From positions 19,007-83,006 of IMG/VR virus record IMGVR_UViG_3300029571_000007: DNA of 64,000 nt; one strand, written 5' to 3'. This document shows, piece by piece, positions 20,132 to 29,720 of the stretch (position 1 is its first letter; each line of letters starts with the position of its first letter). Source of the stretch: a virus. Taxonomy: Duplodnaviria > Heunggongvirae > Uroviricota > Caudoviricetes. Under the pieces are notes generated by a model that ran no database searches, was not told the origin of the DNA, and saw nothing but the letters and a program-made list of their open reading frames with translations. The position numbers were made by a program, and so were the translations under genes.

Positions 20132-20336
20132 AACCTAACCAATTAACTAAAAAATCATAGCTAAATATACAATCTCGATGAAGATACTCACCTTCAGAAT
20201 TAACTATAAATTCATCTCCATTAAATATTCCCTCTTTACAATAACAACATATGTAATTACTTTTCCTATCTTCGTGTAATGGACATCTTTCGGCATGTCC
20301 AGAATCTCTTCCGCAATATTCACAAGCCATTTTCAT
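20088..20336 (-). CDS. Small zinc-binding protein (82 aa)
   Basis: CEYCGR..HAERCP..CCYCKEG..HRDC. Confidence 0.5.
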   Translation of the reverse strand: MKMACEYCGRDSGHAERCPLHEDRKSNYICCYCKEGIFNGDEFIVNSEGEYLHRDCIFSYDFLVNWLGYDFNEMGKEGYYDS

Positions 20337-20758
20337 ACCTCACATTTTATTTTCTCATAGCAAAATCCATAATCTGTAGTGTAATAGATATGCTTAATTC
20401 CTAAATCTTTAATAGCTGCCATACAACTAGAGCAAGGACGACACATGCCAAACTCTTTATCAAATCTTGTTCTGAAAATATACAATTTTACTTTGGAAAA
20501 ATTTATATTCAAATGACGAATAGAATTAAGACAATTAATTTCAGCATGTAATGTTGGTTTAATACCGTTCTTATTCCAAGACTTTCTATATCTGTTATAA
20601 TATTTCTGTATAGGATGCGTTTTAATTGTATTACAACCAATTCCTATTACATTTCCTTGATAAACGGCTATACAACCTATATGTGTTTTTCTATAATCTG
20701 ATAAATCGGCAGCCGTTTTTGCTTTCTCGTAATATTTATAATCACTTTTACTTAACAT
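20333..20758 (-). CDS. dCMP/cytidine deaminase (zinc-dependent)
   Basis: HAEINCL (HAE) and PCSSC (PCxxC) zinc-ligand motifs; 141 aa. Confidence 0.8.
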   Translation of the reverse strand: MLSKSDYKYYEKAKTAADLSDYRKTHIGCIAVYQGNVIGIGCNTIKTHPIQKYYNRYRKSWNKNGIKPTLHAEINCLNSIRHLNINFSKVKLYIFRTRFDKEFGMCRPCSSCMAAIKDLGIKHIYYTTDYGFCYEKIKCEV

Positions 20759-21077
20759 TTAACTTTTCTTTCTCATATAATGCATTTCCACGCTCAAAAC
20801 AATCAAGTTCATACTTAGTGCGATTGATATAACGTGTAAAATCAGTATTTTCAATATATCTTGTCACTTCCATACAAAGCACCTTTTTATCTGGCACATT
20901 AAATTCAATAACACAAGGCTCATCTATTAAATTAAACCCATCAACACTATTATTCTTAATAAATAGAGTAGTATCATATAAACTCTTTTCCTTATTCCAT
21001 CTGCTCATAGCAAGTATTGAATATCCATTATTCATATCAACTGTTATAGCTGTGTCAGCAATTATCTCGTATCTCAT
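20748..21077 (-). CDS. Hypothetical protein (109 aa)
   Basis: ORF track. Confidence 0.5.
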   Translation of the reverse strand: MRYEIIADTAITVDMNNGYSILAMSRWNKEKSLYDTTLFIKNNSVDGFNLIDEPCVIEFNVPDKKVLCMEVTRYIENTDFTRYINRTKYELDCFERGNALYEKEKLNVK

Positions 21078-21295
21078 TATGCAATTTCCTCGCTTTCTTT
21101 ATTGTCTCTGATAATACATTCTCTTTTTCTATCATTATCAAATTTCAAATCAGTAAAAATTCTTGCAACAATATCTAAATCAGTTCCACCAAAATCTGCT
21201 CCTGATTTTAATAACAATGGTGAGCAAATTAACTTGTTGCGAGCCTTAAGTTCCATAGTTCTTGTCATTACATGATTTTCTGTTTCCTTTGTCAT
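21077..21295 (-). CDS. Hypothetical protein (72 aa)
   Basis: ORF track; first gene after 660-bp intergenic region. Confidence 0.45.
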   Translation of the reverse strand: MTKETENHVMTRTMELKARNKLICSPLLLKSGADFGGTDLDIVARIFTDLKFDNDRKRECIIRDNKESEEIA

Positions 21296-21954
21296 TAATT
21301 TTTAGTCTCCTTGTTAATAAATTTTTTTAGCCATATCATCGCTCCTTTTAGTGTGATACGTGTTTTTGTTACATATTTATATTCTCTAAATGAGAATTGA
21401 TTTAATGTTAATTAAAGTGGGGATTTTCTAATTCACTGATATGTGATATAATCAATTTGATGTGTATACACGATTTTTAATTGTAACTCGTAAACCAAGG
21501 TCACAACTGATTTTATATCAGGTACGAAAGGCGTGATTATGCACATAAAATTGATATGTCCTATCAGAGTTTTCTTGTGTGACTGCACATGTTTTCACAG
21601 AAGGGAGGTCTGGTTAGGATAATTAATTTAATTTTGACACCTGGGATTACCATAGCTGTTATAAATCTTGTTAAGTATTGTGTTAGAAAGTTCACAGAAT
21701 ACAAAGAATTAAAACTGCTTGTAACTTCAGGCAAGAAACGTGTTACCGTTACGAAAAACGGTATTTCGTATGAGAAGTAGAATAAAATAGGTACGTGATT
21801 TACTATTTTATTCATTCTCATGCTGCAACCTTATTTAATATATTCACCAGTGAATTAGAAGCCTCACTGCAAATTGGAGCGTTTAGTGTAACACTCATTG
21901 CGCAAATTTATGGTAAAGAGATATTGTCATAGGAGATAGTATCTCTTTATGTTC

Positions 21955-22734
21955 TTACATATTAATATTCTCTAAAAGTTCTATCTGTTTTTTAATTTCC
22001 TCACATGGATCATATTTATTATCAATTCTTTGACCATGTTCATCAGTTATAAAATGTCTGTAATCAGCAAACACCTTTGGAGTAGTAGTATATTTTTCTT
22101 TGCCATCCTTAATATGTTTTTCTCTCTTCATAGGTTGACATTTTACAATTTTAAGTTCTTCCAAAATGTCAACTATACGACCAATATATCTTTCAGAAAG
22201 TCCAATGTCTTCTGAAATAGTCTTAAAATATCTATAACAGCATAATGGCTTACCATCCATTCGATTCAAATTAACACGAATATAAGAGAGTACAAGTAAA
22301 ATATAAGCTGATGATATTCTTGCAGTATCAATCTCTTTATCCTTCAATTCTTCTTTGAAATTTAATATTACATCCAACTCATCAAAATAAATAATTCCAA
22401 ATTTATCAGGTACATCAAATTTTTCTATATTAAGTTTTACTTGCTGATATTTGACCGAATTGGTCTTTTCTTTTAGACTTTTCTCAAAATCTGGACATGA
22501 TTCAAAGTATCCATAATGAGAGAGAAGTGATAGAACTTCATAATATTTCTGATTTATCTTTCCATCTCTGTAGTTAGGTTTCAATTTAGACCAGTGGCAA
22601 AGTTCTGTTGTGGAAAATGCCACTGTGTCATCAAGTGACCGCCTTGCACAAAGATATGAGAAGATTATCACACGTTTAGACGAGAGATCTTTATCATAAA
22701 TGATTTCTCGTGGAATTTTTACATAGTTTGGCAA
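21955..22734 (-). CDS. Hypothetical DNA-binding/replication-associated protein (259 aa)
   Basis: ORF track; follows the ParB-like genes in the same leftward operon; no diagnostic motif recognised. Confidence 0.5.
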   Translation of the reverse strand: MPNYVKIPREIIYDKDLSSKRVIIFSYLCARRSLDDTVAFSTTELCHWSKLKPNYRDGKINQKYYEVLSLLSHYGYFESCPDFEKSLKEKTNSVKYQQVKLNIEKFDVPDKFGIIYFDELDVILNFKEELKDKEIDTARISSAYILLVLSYIRVNLNRMDGKPLCCYRYFKTISEDIGLSERYIGRIVDILEELKIVKCQPMKREKHIKDGKEKYTTTPKVFADYRHFITDEHGQRIDNKYDPCEEIKKQIELLENINM

Positions 22735-22753
22735 GACGTATCACCTCACTATG

Positions 22754-23563
22754 CTAATCTTCAAGTTTACTCATTTTTAATCGTTTTGTTTTTGGAACTT
22801 TATAGTTATATTTAGATACAAAAATCTTTGCGTATTTTGTAGATGTTTTATCCGTATATGTATCACTATCTGCTTCTTTCTTAATTGAAAGTGGATCTGA
22901 GATAGATAACACATTTAATAAACGTTTTTTATCAAATTCCTTATTATATGTTTCATAAAAATCAAACATTCCTCTAATAAAACTCCACTGTAAAGATATT
23001 GGATTTCCACTAAAAGCAGTTTTATGAATATCCATACACTCAATAAATTTCTCTTTTTTATTTGTAGATACATATTCTTTATACAAGTTTAATAGTGAAG
23101 CAGTACAATTAATCTTATAATCGCTTCCTGATTCTTCTCCAAAAATATTTAATTTAAATCCAAGAGATTTTAAACAATTATAAAAATCTTGCTCATCTTT
23201 ATTCTTTTTATATGTACCTCTGATTTGAGCCGTTAAAATTCTTTTACTACTCTGTGGTTGTCTTTTTGTATTTTCTTGAGCAAACCAATCATTTTCTTCC
23301 TGTTCAGTTAAGCCATAACGCAATTCACATCTAATAGATTTCCATCCAACACGTCTTACGATACCTACTGTATGCTGACCATCACCCATTTTTCTAGTAC
23401 CATCATTTCTCACACTAATTTTTGGACACTCAACGGCATCTTTATCAAATACTCCTGGTTTACTGTTTTCTTCAATAAATGCATGATTTAGTGGTCTTTG
23501 GTAATCTGTCATTGACTCTAATTCATCAAGTGGAATGTTTTTATACTCTTTTTTAATTAACAT
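22754..23563 (-). CDS. ParB/DUF262-like nuclease-domain protein (GDGQHT motif)
   Basis: VRNDGTRKMGDGQHTVGIVRR resembles the DGQHR/DGQQR signature of the ParB-Srx/DUF262 fold. Confidence 0.35.
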   Translation of the reverse strand: MLIKKEYKNIPLDELESMTDYQRPLNHAFIEENSKPGVFDKDAVECPKISVRNDGTRKMGDGQHTVGIVRRVGWKSIRCELRYGLTEQEENDWFAQENTKRQPQSSKRILTAQIRGTYKKNKDEQDFYNCLKSLGFKLNIFGEESGSDYKINCTASLLNLYKEYVSTNKKEKFIECMDIHKTAFSGNPISLQWSFIRGMFDFYETYNKEFDKKRLLNVLSISDPLSIKKEADSDTYTDKTSTKYAKIFVSKYNYKVPKTKRLKMSKLED

Positions 23564-23566
23564 ACT

Positions 23567-24529
23567 TTAATCCTCCATTTTTAATTTTGTATTTTTTGCT
23601 AATTCAATAGCTGTTAATAGTTTCGTTATATTATTCTCTGCATTTGCAATACATTCATCTAATTCTGATTTGTTGACTCTATTTTCCATATCTTTAAGAA
23701 TACTAACAAATCCATCATAATACATTTGGAAATCAGCATTCATACATTCAATAATAGAAATTCTATAGTCCCAAATAGAATCAAGATATTCTTTTGACTT
23801 TTCAGTTTTAAGGTCTTCGCATATTTGTTTGACTTCATCACTGACTTGATTTTTTTGAGAATTTTGAATAGTAGGAGATGATGTAGTTAGTTGATCAATA
23901 TTATATTCTCTAGTTTGATTATCAGATGATTGTGTTTTTTTCTTTTCATTTTGTAATGCTCTATATCCAGCATTTATGCTTTTTTCGCCTGATAAAACTT
24001 CTTTTTTTAATTCCTCGTTATCAGATTCAAGAATTTTCTTACCTTTCGAATATGTATCAGTAGAAACGCCTGCTGTGTTGGCTAATTTTTTTGTTGTATT
24101 AATTGGAATAATAGGGTTTTCAGATTTCTGAAAAGGCTTTTTATTTTTACCAACGCCATAATTATTCCCAGCCTTTGCAAGATTTTCTTTCGCCTGTTTT
24201 TCATAAATAGGTCTATACTTCTCAGTTACAGCAATTCTTTGTATGGGAGACAGATTACGTCTTCCTAGCTGAATATCTAGCATCCATTGCATAACTTCTT
24301 CTTTTGTTTCATAAGCAAGCGTTCCAACTACGTATTCAATATTATGTTTCTGACACACAGAGTAACGATTATGACCATCTACAATATAACCATGCCATTC
24401 CATAATAGGAAAATTCTTGTCAAATCCATTTTCTACAATATTTTTTTCAAGTCGTTTGTACTCATCATCAGTAAGTGGTGGTAATAAATCCCTTAATTCA
24501 GGATCAATCTTTAGTTCTTTTTGTTCCAT
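23567..24529 (-). CDS. ParB-like nuclease/partition-domain protein
   Basis: PIMEWHGYIVDGHNRYSVC (ParB DGHHR-type box), LGRRNLSPIQRIA; 320 aa; first gene of leftward operon. Confidence 0.5.
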   Translation of the reverse strand: MEQKELKIDPELRDLLPPLTDDEYKRLEKNIVENGFDKNFPIMEWHGYIVDGHNRYSVCQKHNIEYVVGTLAYETKEEVMQWMLDIQLGRRNLSPIQRIAVTEKYRPIYEKQAKENLAKAGNNYGVGKNKKPFQKSENPIIPINTTKKLANTAGVSTDTYSKGKKILESDNEELKKEVLSGEKSINAGYRALQNEKKKTQSSDNQTREYNIDQLTTSSPTIQNSQKNQVSDEVKQICEDLKTEKSKEYLDSIWDYRISIIECMNADFQMYYDGFVSILKDMENRVNKSELDECIANAENNITKLLTAIELAKNTKLKMED

Positions 24530-25108
24530 TTTCTTTCCTTTCTTCTAAAACATAATTTACAGTTACAATTTGTGAGATGAGAGTGTGGTAAGTGGTTCAA
24601 TAGTATATTCTCCATTTGAATTCACAAAACATTAAAAATTGCACTTGTATGAAATTGTTAAAAATTTATTTGGGTACATACAGCATGTACCCAAAAGTGA
24701 AAATTTACTTCATTTGGGTACATCTCAGCTATCAATTTTGTGCAGTCTATATCTATATAGACTCATATTATCAAGAGAAGAATATTCCGTTTGTATTTCG
24801 TTTCACTTCATACAAACTCCATAATTTTTTGGTTAATTGTTATTGGTTATTTTAGGTACATGGTGTTTTTTAATTGATATTTTCATTTGGGTACATATAT
24901 GACGTACCTATATTATTTCTGACCTTGAAACATATTATTTATTTCTTTTAAGTGAAATAGCATATAACATATTTCTAATGTTGAAAACATATATCCAAAA
25001 TATTCAAGATTTTCTCTTATATAAGAATTTGATAACTTTCTTATAACAGATTTTCTTGTTCTTTTAAATAAAATTGGCTTTTTCATAATATCATTTTTTC
25101 CTTCTGAA

Positions 25109-25480
25109 TTATTTTTCTCTTTCTAAAACAACATAATTAGCAAATGGATCATCAATATAAAACACAGGTAACTTATTATGATATTTTTCATATATTTCTT
25201 CATCTGATATAAATACACAAAATTTACTATCACCTTGTCTTTCTTTTCTTAGTTGTTCTAGTTCAGTTTCATATTTTCCATTTTTGACTGAACCTATTTT
25301 TCCACAAATAGTACAATATCCAGTTAATCTTGTATGTCTATTTGTTTTTCCAACAAATGTCGAATTATATTGAATCAAGCATTCTTCATATTGATGTTTG
25401 TGTTTGGACTTATGATTGCTTTTTGAGATATTGCTTTTCTTAGATTTTTTATATTTGGGTATTTCATGTTCTTGTATCAT
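25109..25480 (-). CDS. Hypothetical Zn-ribbon protein (123 aa), Lys/Ser-rich N-terminus
   Basis: ORF track; CTICGK motif; outermost leftward gene next to the strand-switch region. Confidence 0.45.
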   Translation of the reverse strand: MIQEHEIPKYKKSKKSNISKSNHKSKHKHQYEECLIQYNSTFVGKTNRHTRLTGYCTICGKIGSVKNGKYETELEQLRKERQGDSKFCVFISDEEIYEKYHNKLPVFYIDDPFANYVVLEREK

Positions 25481-26898
25481 AGATTACTCCTTTGATATAT
25501 TATTCTCTCTTCAATTGTCTACCTAGAGATGTTCTTTTCCTGCTAACGCTGCGAAAAGACCGCCCTTATCAAAGGGCTACATCTTGTGCTTACGCACATA
25601 CTATATCTTTTTTGAGCTTGTATATAGTTTTCTCATACCCCTATCTGTGGGTTTAAAATGAGTTTTTGAGAGTAATTTTCAATTTTTATGTCTTAAGTGA
25701 TAACTTATAAGGGTATGAGATAAAAGTGGCTAATTTTTCTGTGAGGTGTGATTTTCTCCCTAAATAGATTAAGATGCAATTTTATCCGCTAATAAATTTA
25801 TTAATTTTTGTTTGATGAGAGTGGTGTGATGATTATTCACAATAGATTATTCTCTTATATGAATTTAAAATTATGAATTTTTAGTATTGTATGAATATGT
25901 TAATTAACAAAGAGAGTTAATGTAAAATTCTTTACATTGGATATAAGGCGAAAAATTAATGATTTAGAGTCTATTTTGGATTTTTATATGTCAGGTGGTT
26001 AGTTGTTAGGGTAGAGGATAAAAATTGAAATTTGAGCTGTGAGAGTGGATTTTTGTATAGGCGTGAGAATTGACAATATTATTTATAGTAAATGTATGTG
26101 AATGTATATAGATAGTTAATGTAATTTTGGGTGATGTAAAAAATTGACCTTGTATTTTGAGCATTTGGGTGGGAAAAAATGATTTTAGGTGTTATTGGTA
26201 GGGTAAAATGAAAACGCTGTGTATTGGCGAGATGGAGGGTTTAGATGAGAAATGAGATTCTTTAGTATTGTTATAGTGGGATTTTTTGATGGTTTGTATT
26301 ATATTTTTGGTTGTTTTTGTGATGCATATAGGCGATTTTTTGGGTTTTCTGGTGTGGTTTTTATGCACCCCCTTGTATTGTAGATGAGAGAGTTGTGATT
26401 TGTGTGATTAATTATTAATGATAGATTTTGGATTAAAAATGATTATCGGTAAAAGTACTTATAAATAAGGAAGATTTTGGATTTGTGAATGAATTTTTGA
26501 TAAGATGGAAGTTTAATTTTTGGGTTGTAAAGTGAATGAAAGTGGCTTGATTAGTGGGTTTGAGCGATATGGGGTACGATATGGGGTTGGGATGGGAAGA
26601 ATTGGGATTTTGCTTGATTTTAGTGGAGATTTTGAATATTGGGGAAGGGTTAGATTTTTGAGTTGGTGTGTAGAATAACCAGCTAAGTGGATGCTGCCAA
26701 AATGCGACTATCATTTTGGTTTTAAATACCCCCAACATATAAAAACAATGGCTAATAGATATATATTAACCATTATTTTTACTGATACTTTTGAGCAGAT
26801 TCGATGTAGTTTTTAAAACTATGTCATATGGTTTGATTTGCTATATGATATCATTTTGATATCGTTTAAAAAAGATTTAAAATATTATAAATAATCTA

Positions 26899-26927
26899 TT
26901 GACAATGACAATAAATAGTGATAACAT
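26899..26927 (+). promoter_or_regulatory. Promoter P1 with embedded imperfect palindrome
   Basis: TTGACA (26899-26904), 17-nt spacer atgacaataaatagtga, TG-extended -10 TAACAT. Confidence 0.55.
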
Positions 26928-26978
26928 ACGATACAACAACAGATAAACAATTTGATTTAAAAAAATTCAAATAATCTG

Positions 26979-27007
26979 TTGACAATCACAATTAATTGTG
27001 ATAAGAT
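26979..27007 (+). promoter_or_regulatory. Promoter P2 with perfect 16-bp palindrome TCACAATTAATTGTGA in spacer
   Basis: TTGACA, 17-nt spacer, TG-extended -10 TAAGAT; palindrome 26986-27001. Confidence 0.6.
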
Positions 27008-27076
27008 ATAGCCAAGTTAAGAAAGTACTGTAAAACGAACCTTCCTCGTAAGGTCGGGAAAACTTAACACAACATA

Positions 27077-27105
27077 TTGACAAACACAATACATTGTGAT
27101 ATACT
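27077..27105 (+). promoter_or_regulatory. Promoter P3 with CACAATACATTGTG palindrome in spacer
   Basis: TTGACA, 17-nt spacer, TG-extended -10 TATACT. Confidence 0.6.
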
Positions 27106-27987
27106 ACAATCACAATAAAACAACAGCTTGACAAGGAATAAGTCATTAAAACCAGAATAGGAGGTGCCATATTTGAAAAGTGAATAATATTCCAAAAGGG
27201 TACAGTGTACCCAATGGGTATTATGGCTATATTTCAGCCACAAAAAGTTATATGCTTTTTGCGACTGAACAAGAATATCTTGAATATATAGCCGACTAAT
27301 TACAAGTAATTGTGTAAATAGTCCCTGAACAAGTCTATTTTATCACGATTCAGTGTATTAGTAAATCCCCATAGGAAAAAACAATTTTATATTTCTTATA
27401 TAGGCACTGTATTTATTCCCTGGAATAGATACAAAAGACTATAGTAGGATATAAGATTCTAAGGTTGTATCTCAATGAGTTTAACCTTATACAAATTGAA
27501 TAATAGGTTTTATGGGTTTACTCTAAAATCCTATGAGGACGGCTCAAATTGTACTTTGAAATAGGTGCATAAGCCCGAAGATTAACAATCTTCGCATCAT
27601 ATTAAAGTGGTGTGCCTTTACCCTGCCAATAATGGGAGGAAGATGTCAGAAAAGACATAAGGCTCAAGTGCGAACCCTTCAGCTTATATTCCAGGGTGTG
27701 AGTGTTTACAAGGTAGTAGTTGACGGTCAATAAAAAATCTTAACCGATTAAATCACGGTTAAAGTTGTGAAGTCGATAACCAAGCTGATAGCAACTAAAA
27801 TATAAAAGGTTAATGATAGATATAACATAGTTTGCAGGGTAAAACCTACAAGCATTTATTTATTAGCAGGGTAATGCCTACAATAAGTATACTTATGGAG
27901 TATCTATCCTCTTAACTGGATTTAATGTTAATATGCTCATTACGCTAGTAGGTGAGGCGTTCCCTACAAAGTTTTATACATAGTTAG

Positions 27988-28024
27988 AAGGGTGGACTAT
28001 ACACAATTAGTCTACCCTTTTATA
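27988..28024 (+). terminator. Rho-independent terminator
   Basis: 10-bp stem GGGTGGACTA/TAGTCTACCC, 8-nt loop, followed by TTTTAT; closes the ORF-free transcribed stretch before gene 28106. Confidence 0.75.
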
Positions 28025-28105
28025 GTGTGCATAACACTACAATTATAAATACAATAAAAATATTATATTGCACCGATTGCGTTAAGTCGGGGAAAGAGGT
28101 ATATT

Positions 28106-28945
28106 ATGAGAACTTTGTCAATCAATTTTTACGCAGAAAAAATCACGGATGAGAAGAAGCAGGAATTAATGACAGCAGTTGAACATGAAAAGTGTGCAAT
28201 GCTCATTCAGATGGCTGAAGCTGATATTTCACGGTTAAACACTCAGATAGCAAACCTTGAGAAAAATGAGGATATGTCTGAGGATAAAAAGAAGGTTAAG
28301 CTTGATGACCTTAACCAGAAACTTGAGGATGTTAAGCAGGAAAAGTCTGACCTTGAAACATCTAAAGAAGAAACTCTTGAGGTTTACAATAAGGTATTTG
28401 CTTCATTGACCAATAAGAACAAAGACCATTTTGGCAATAATAAGGACGTAGTCCGTACAGTTCTTAGGGTGCTTGCTTCATGGGATAACTCTAAATTGGT
28501 AAAATATGCAATCATTCCTGCTTTTCAGTCACCAGAATTATATAATGCTTTAGAGGCAATTCATATTAATTCTAAGGCAGGAGAAAATGGCAATATAACA
28601 ATGTCAAATGAAGTAAAAGAAGCATACAAGAAAGCAAGTACAGAACTTGAAACAATCATTAAGACAACCTTCAGTCTGCCTTTTGAAACTCCATACACAG
28701 CAAAGACAAGAGTTAAATTAACAGCAGAGGACAAGAAACTTCTTAATGATTGCTATGTAAAGGGGTTCTCTAACAAATTTGATATTGATGATAAGAAGGA
28801 CACTATATCCTTCAAAGAGCGTCAGATTAATACATTAGTAAAGGCAAAAAAGAATCGTAAGACAGGCAAGATGGAATATGATTATTCTGGACTTGCAAGC
28901 ACTATTAGCAATATTGTAATTAAGCACTACTTTGCAGAAAAGTAA
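28106..28945 (+). CDS. Hypothetical coiled-coil protein (279 aa)
   Basis: ORF track; GGGGAAAGAGG SD; first rightward gene. Confidence 0.65.
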   Translation: MRTLSINFYAEKITDEKKQELMTAVEHEKCAMLIQMAEADISRLNTQIANLEKNEDMSEDKKKVKLDDLNQKLEDVKQEKSDLETSKEETLEVYNKVFASLTNKNKDHFGNNKDVVRTVLRVLASWDNSKLVKYAIIPAFQSPELYNALEAIHINSKAGENGNITMSNEVKEAYKKASTELETIIKTTFSLPFETPYTAKTRVKLTAEDKKLLNDCYVKGFSNKFDIDDKKDTISFKERQINTLVKAKKNRKTGKMEYDYSGLASTISNIVIKHYFAEK

Positions 28946-29073
28946 TAAAAATCTATAGTTAGAGGCGGTAAGAGAAACTTTACCGCTTTTATAGTGTGGA
29001 TTTTACACATATTGAAAATTACAAAATAATGTGATAGAATAGGAGGTGCTAATAATTGATGGAGGTATAATAT

Positions 29074-29352
29074 ATGATAGTTTTTAATAAATTAGGGCAA
29101 CTTTTAAAAATACGCAATATGACATGGAAAGACTTATGTAATGCAGGTTTGTCTCAAAATATGCCAACAAGATTTTCAAAAAACGAAAATATAAGTTCTG
29201 ATACAATAAATAAAGTATGTGAATATCTTTGTGTCCAACCATTTGAAATCATGGAATGGATTCCAGATGCGGAATGGAATGCAAAAGAAATTGAGAAACA
29301 AGCTATTGAAGCTCAAATAGCCGAGCTTCAGGCAAAATTAAATCAGATGTAA
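29074..29352 (+). CDS. HTH (XRE/Cro-like) DNA-binding protein
   Basis: 92 aa; LLKIRNMTWKDLCNAGLSQNMPTRF helix-turn-helix pattern. Confidence 0.5.
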   Translation: MIVFNKLGQLLKIRNMTWKDLCNAGLSQNMPTRFSKNENISSDTINKVCEYLCVQPFEIMEWIPDAEWNAKEIEKQAIEAQIAELQAKLNQM

Positions 29353-29720
29353 AAAGGAGGAATTATTATGCCATCAATCGAAGATATGCGTAACTCTATG
29401 CTCAAAGCAAATGTTTACACAAAAGCGGATATAGATAAGATCTGCGAACTTGAAAAGGCATATCAAGAAGAATGCCAGGAGATAGCCGAACAATGCGAAG
29501 CTGAAGGCTATCCATCGCACGGAAGTAACTATGAACTTCGTTAATATTATAATGAGCAAATTGCAGACATAGACGCAAATTATAGTTTTGAAGACTAACT
29601 GCGTCAAATATAATAGCAACATCCACTAAGTACCCAAACGCAAAGGGTGCTATTTTTGACTTGACAAATACAACAAATTTGATGTATTATAGGTGTATAA
29701 ACAAAGGAGAAAATAAAAAT

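Noticed and set aside
21564-21821. Overlapping ORFs 21564..21821(-) and 21589..21780(+) in the 660-bp intergenic region upstream of gene 21077..21295
   Set aside because: Mutually overlapping on opposite strands, no SD; the region more likely carries promoter or regulatory DNA for the downstream leftward genes.
26433-26738. 101-aa minus-strand ORF inside the cytosine-depleted island
   Set aside because: Translation is a low-complexity P/S/T/N/K-rich string produced by the compositional bias; no SD; no neighbouring genes on that strand.
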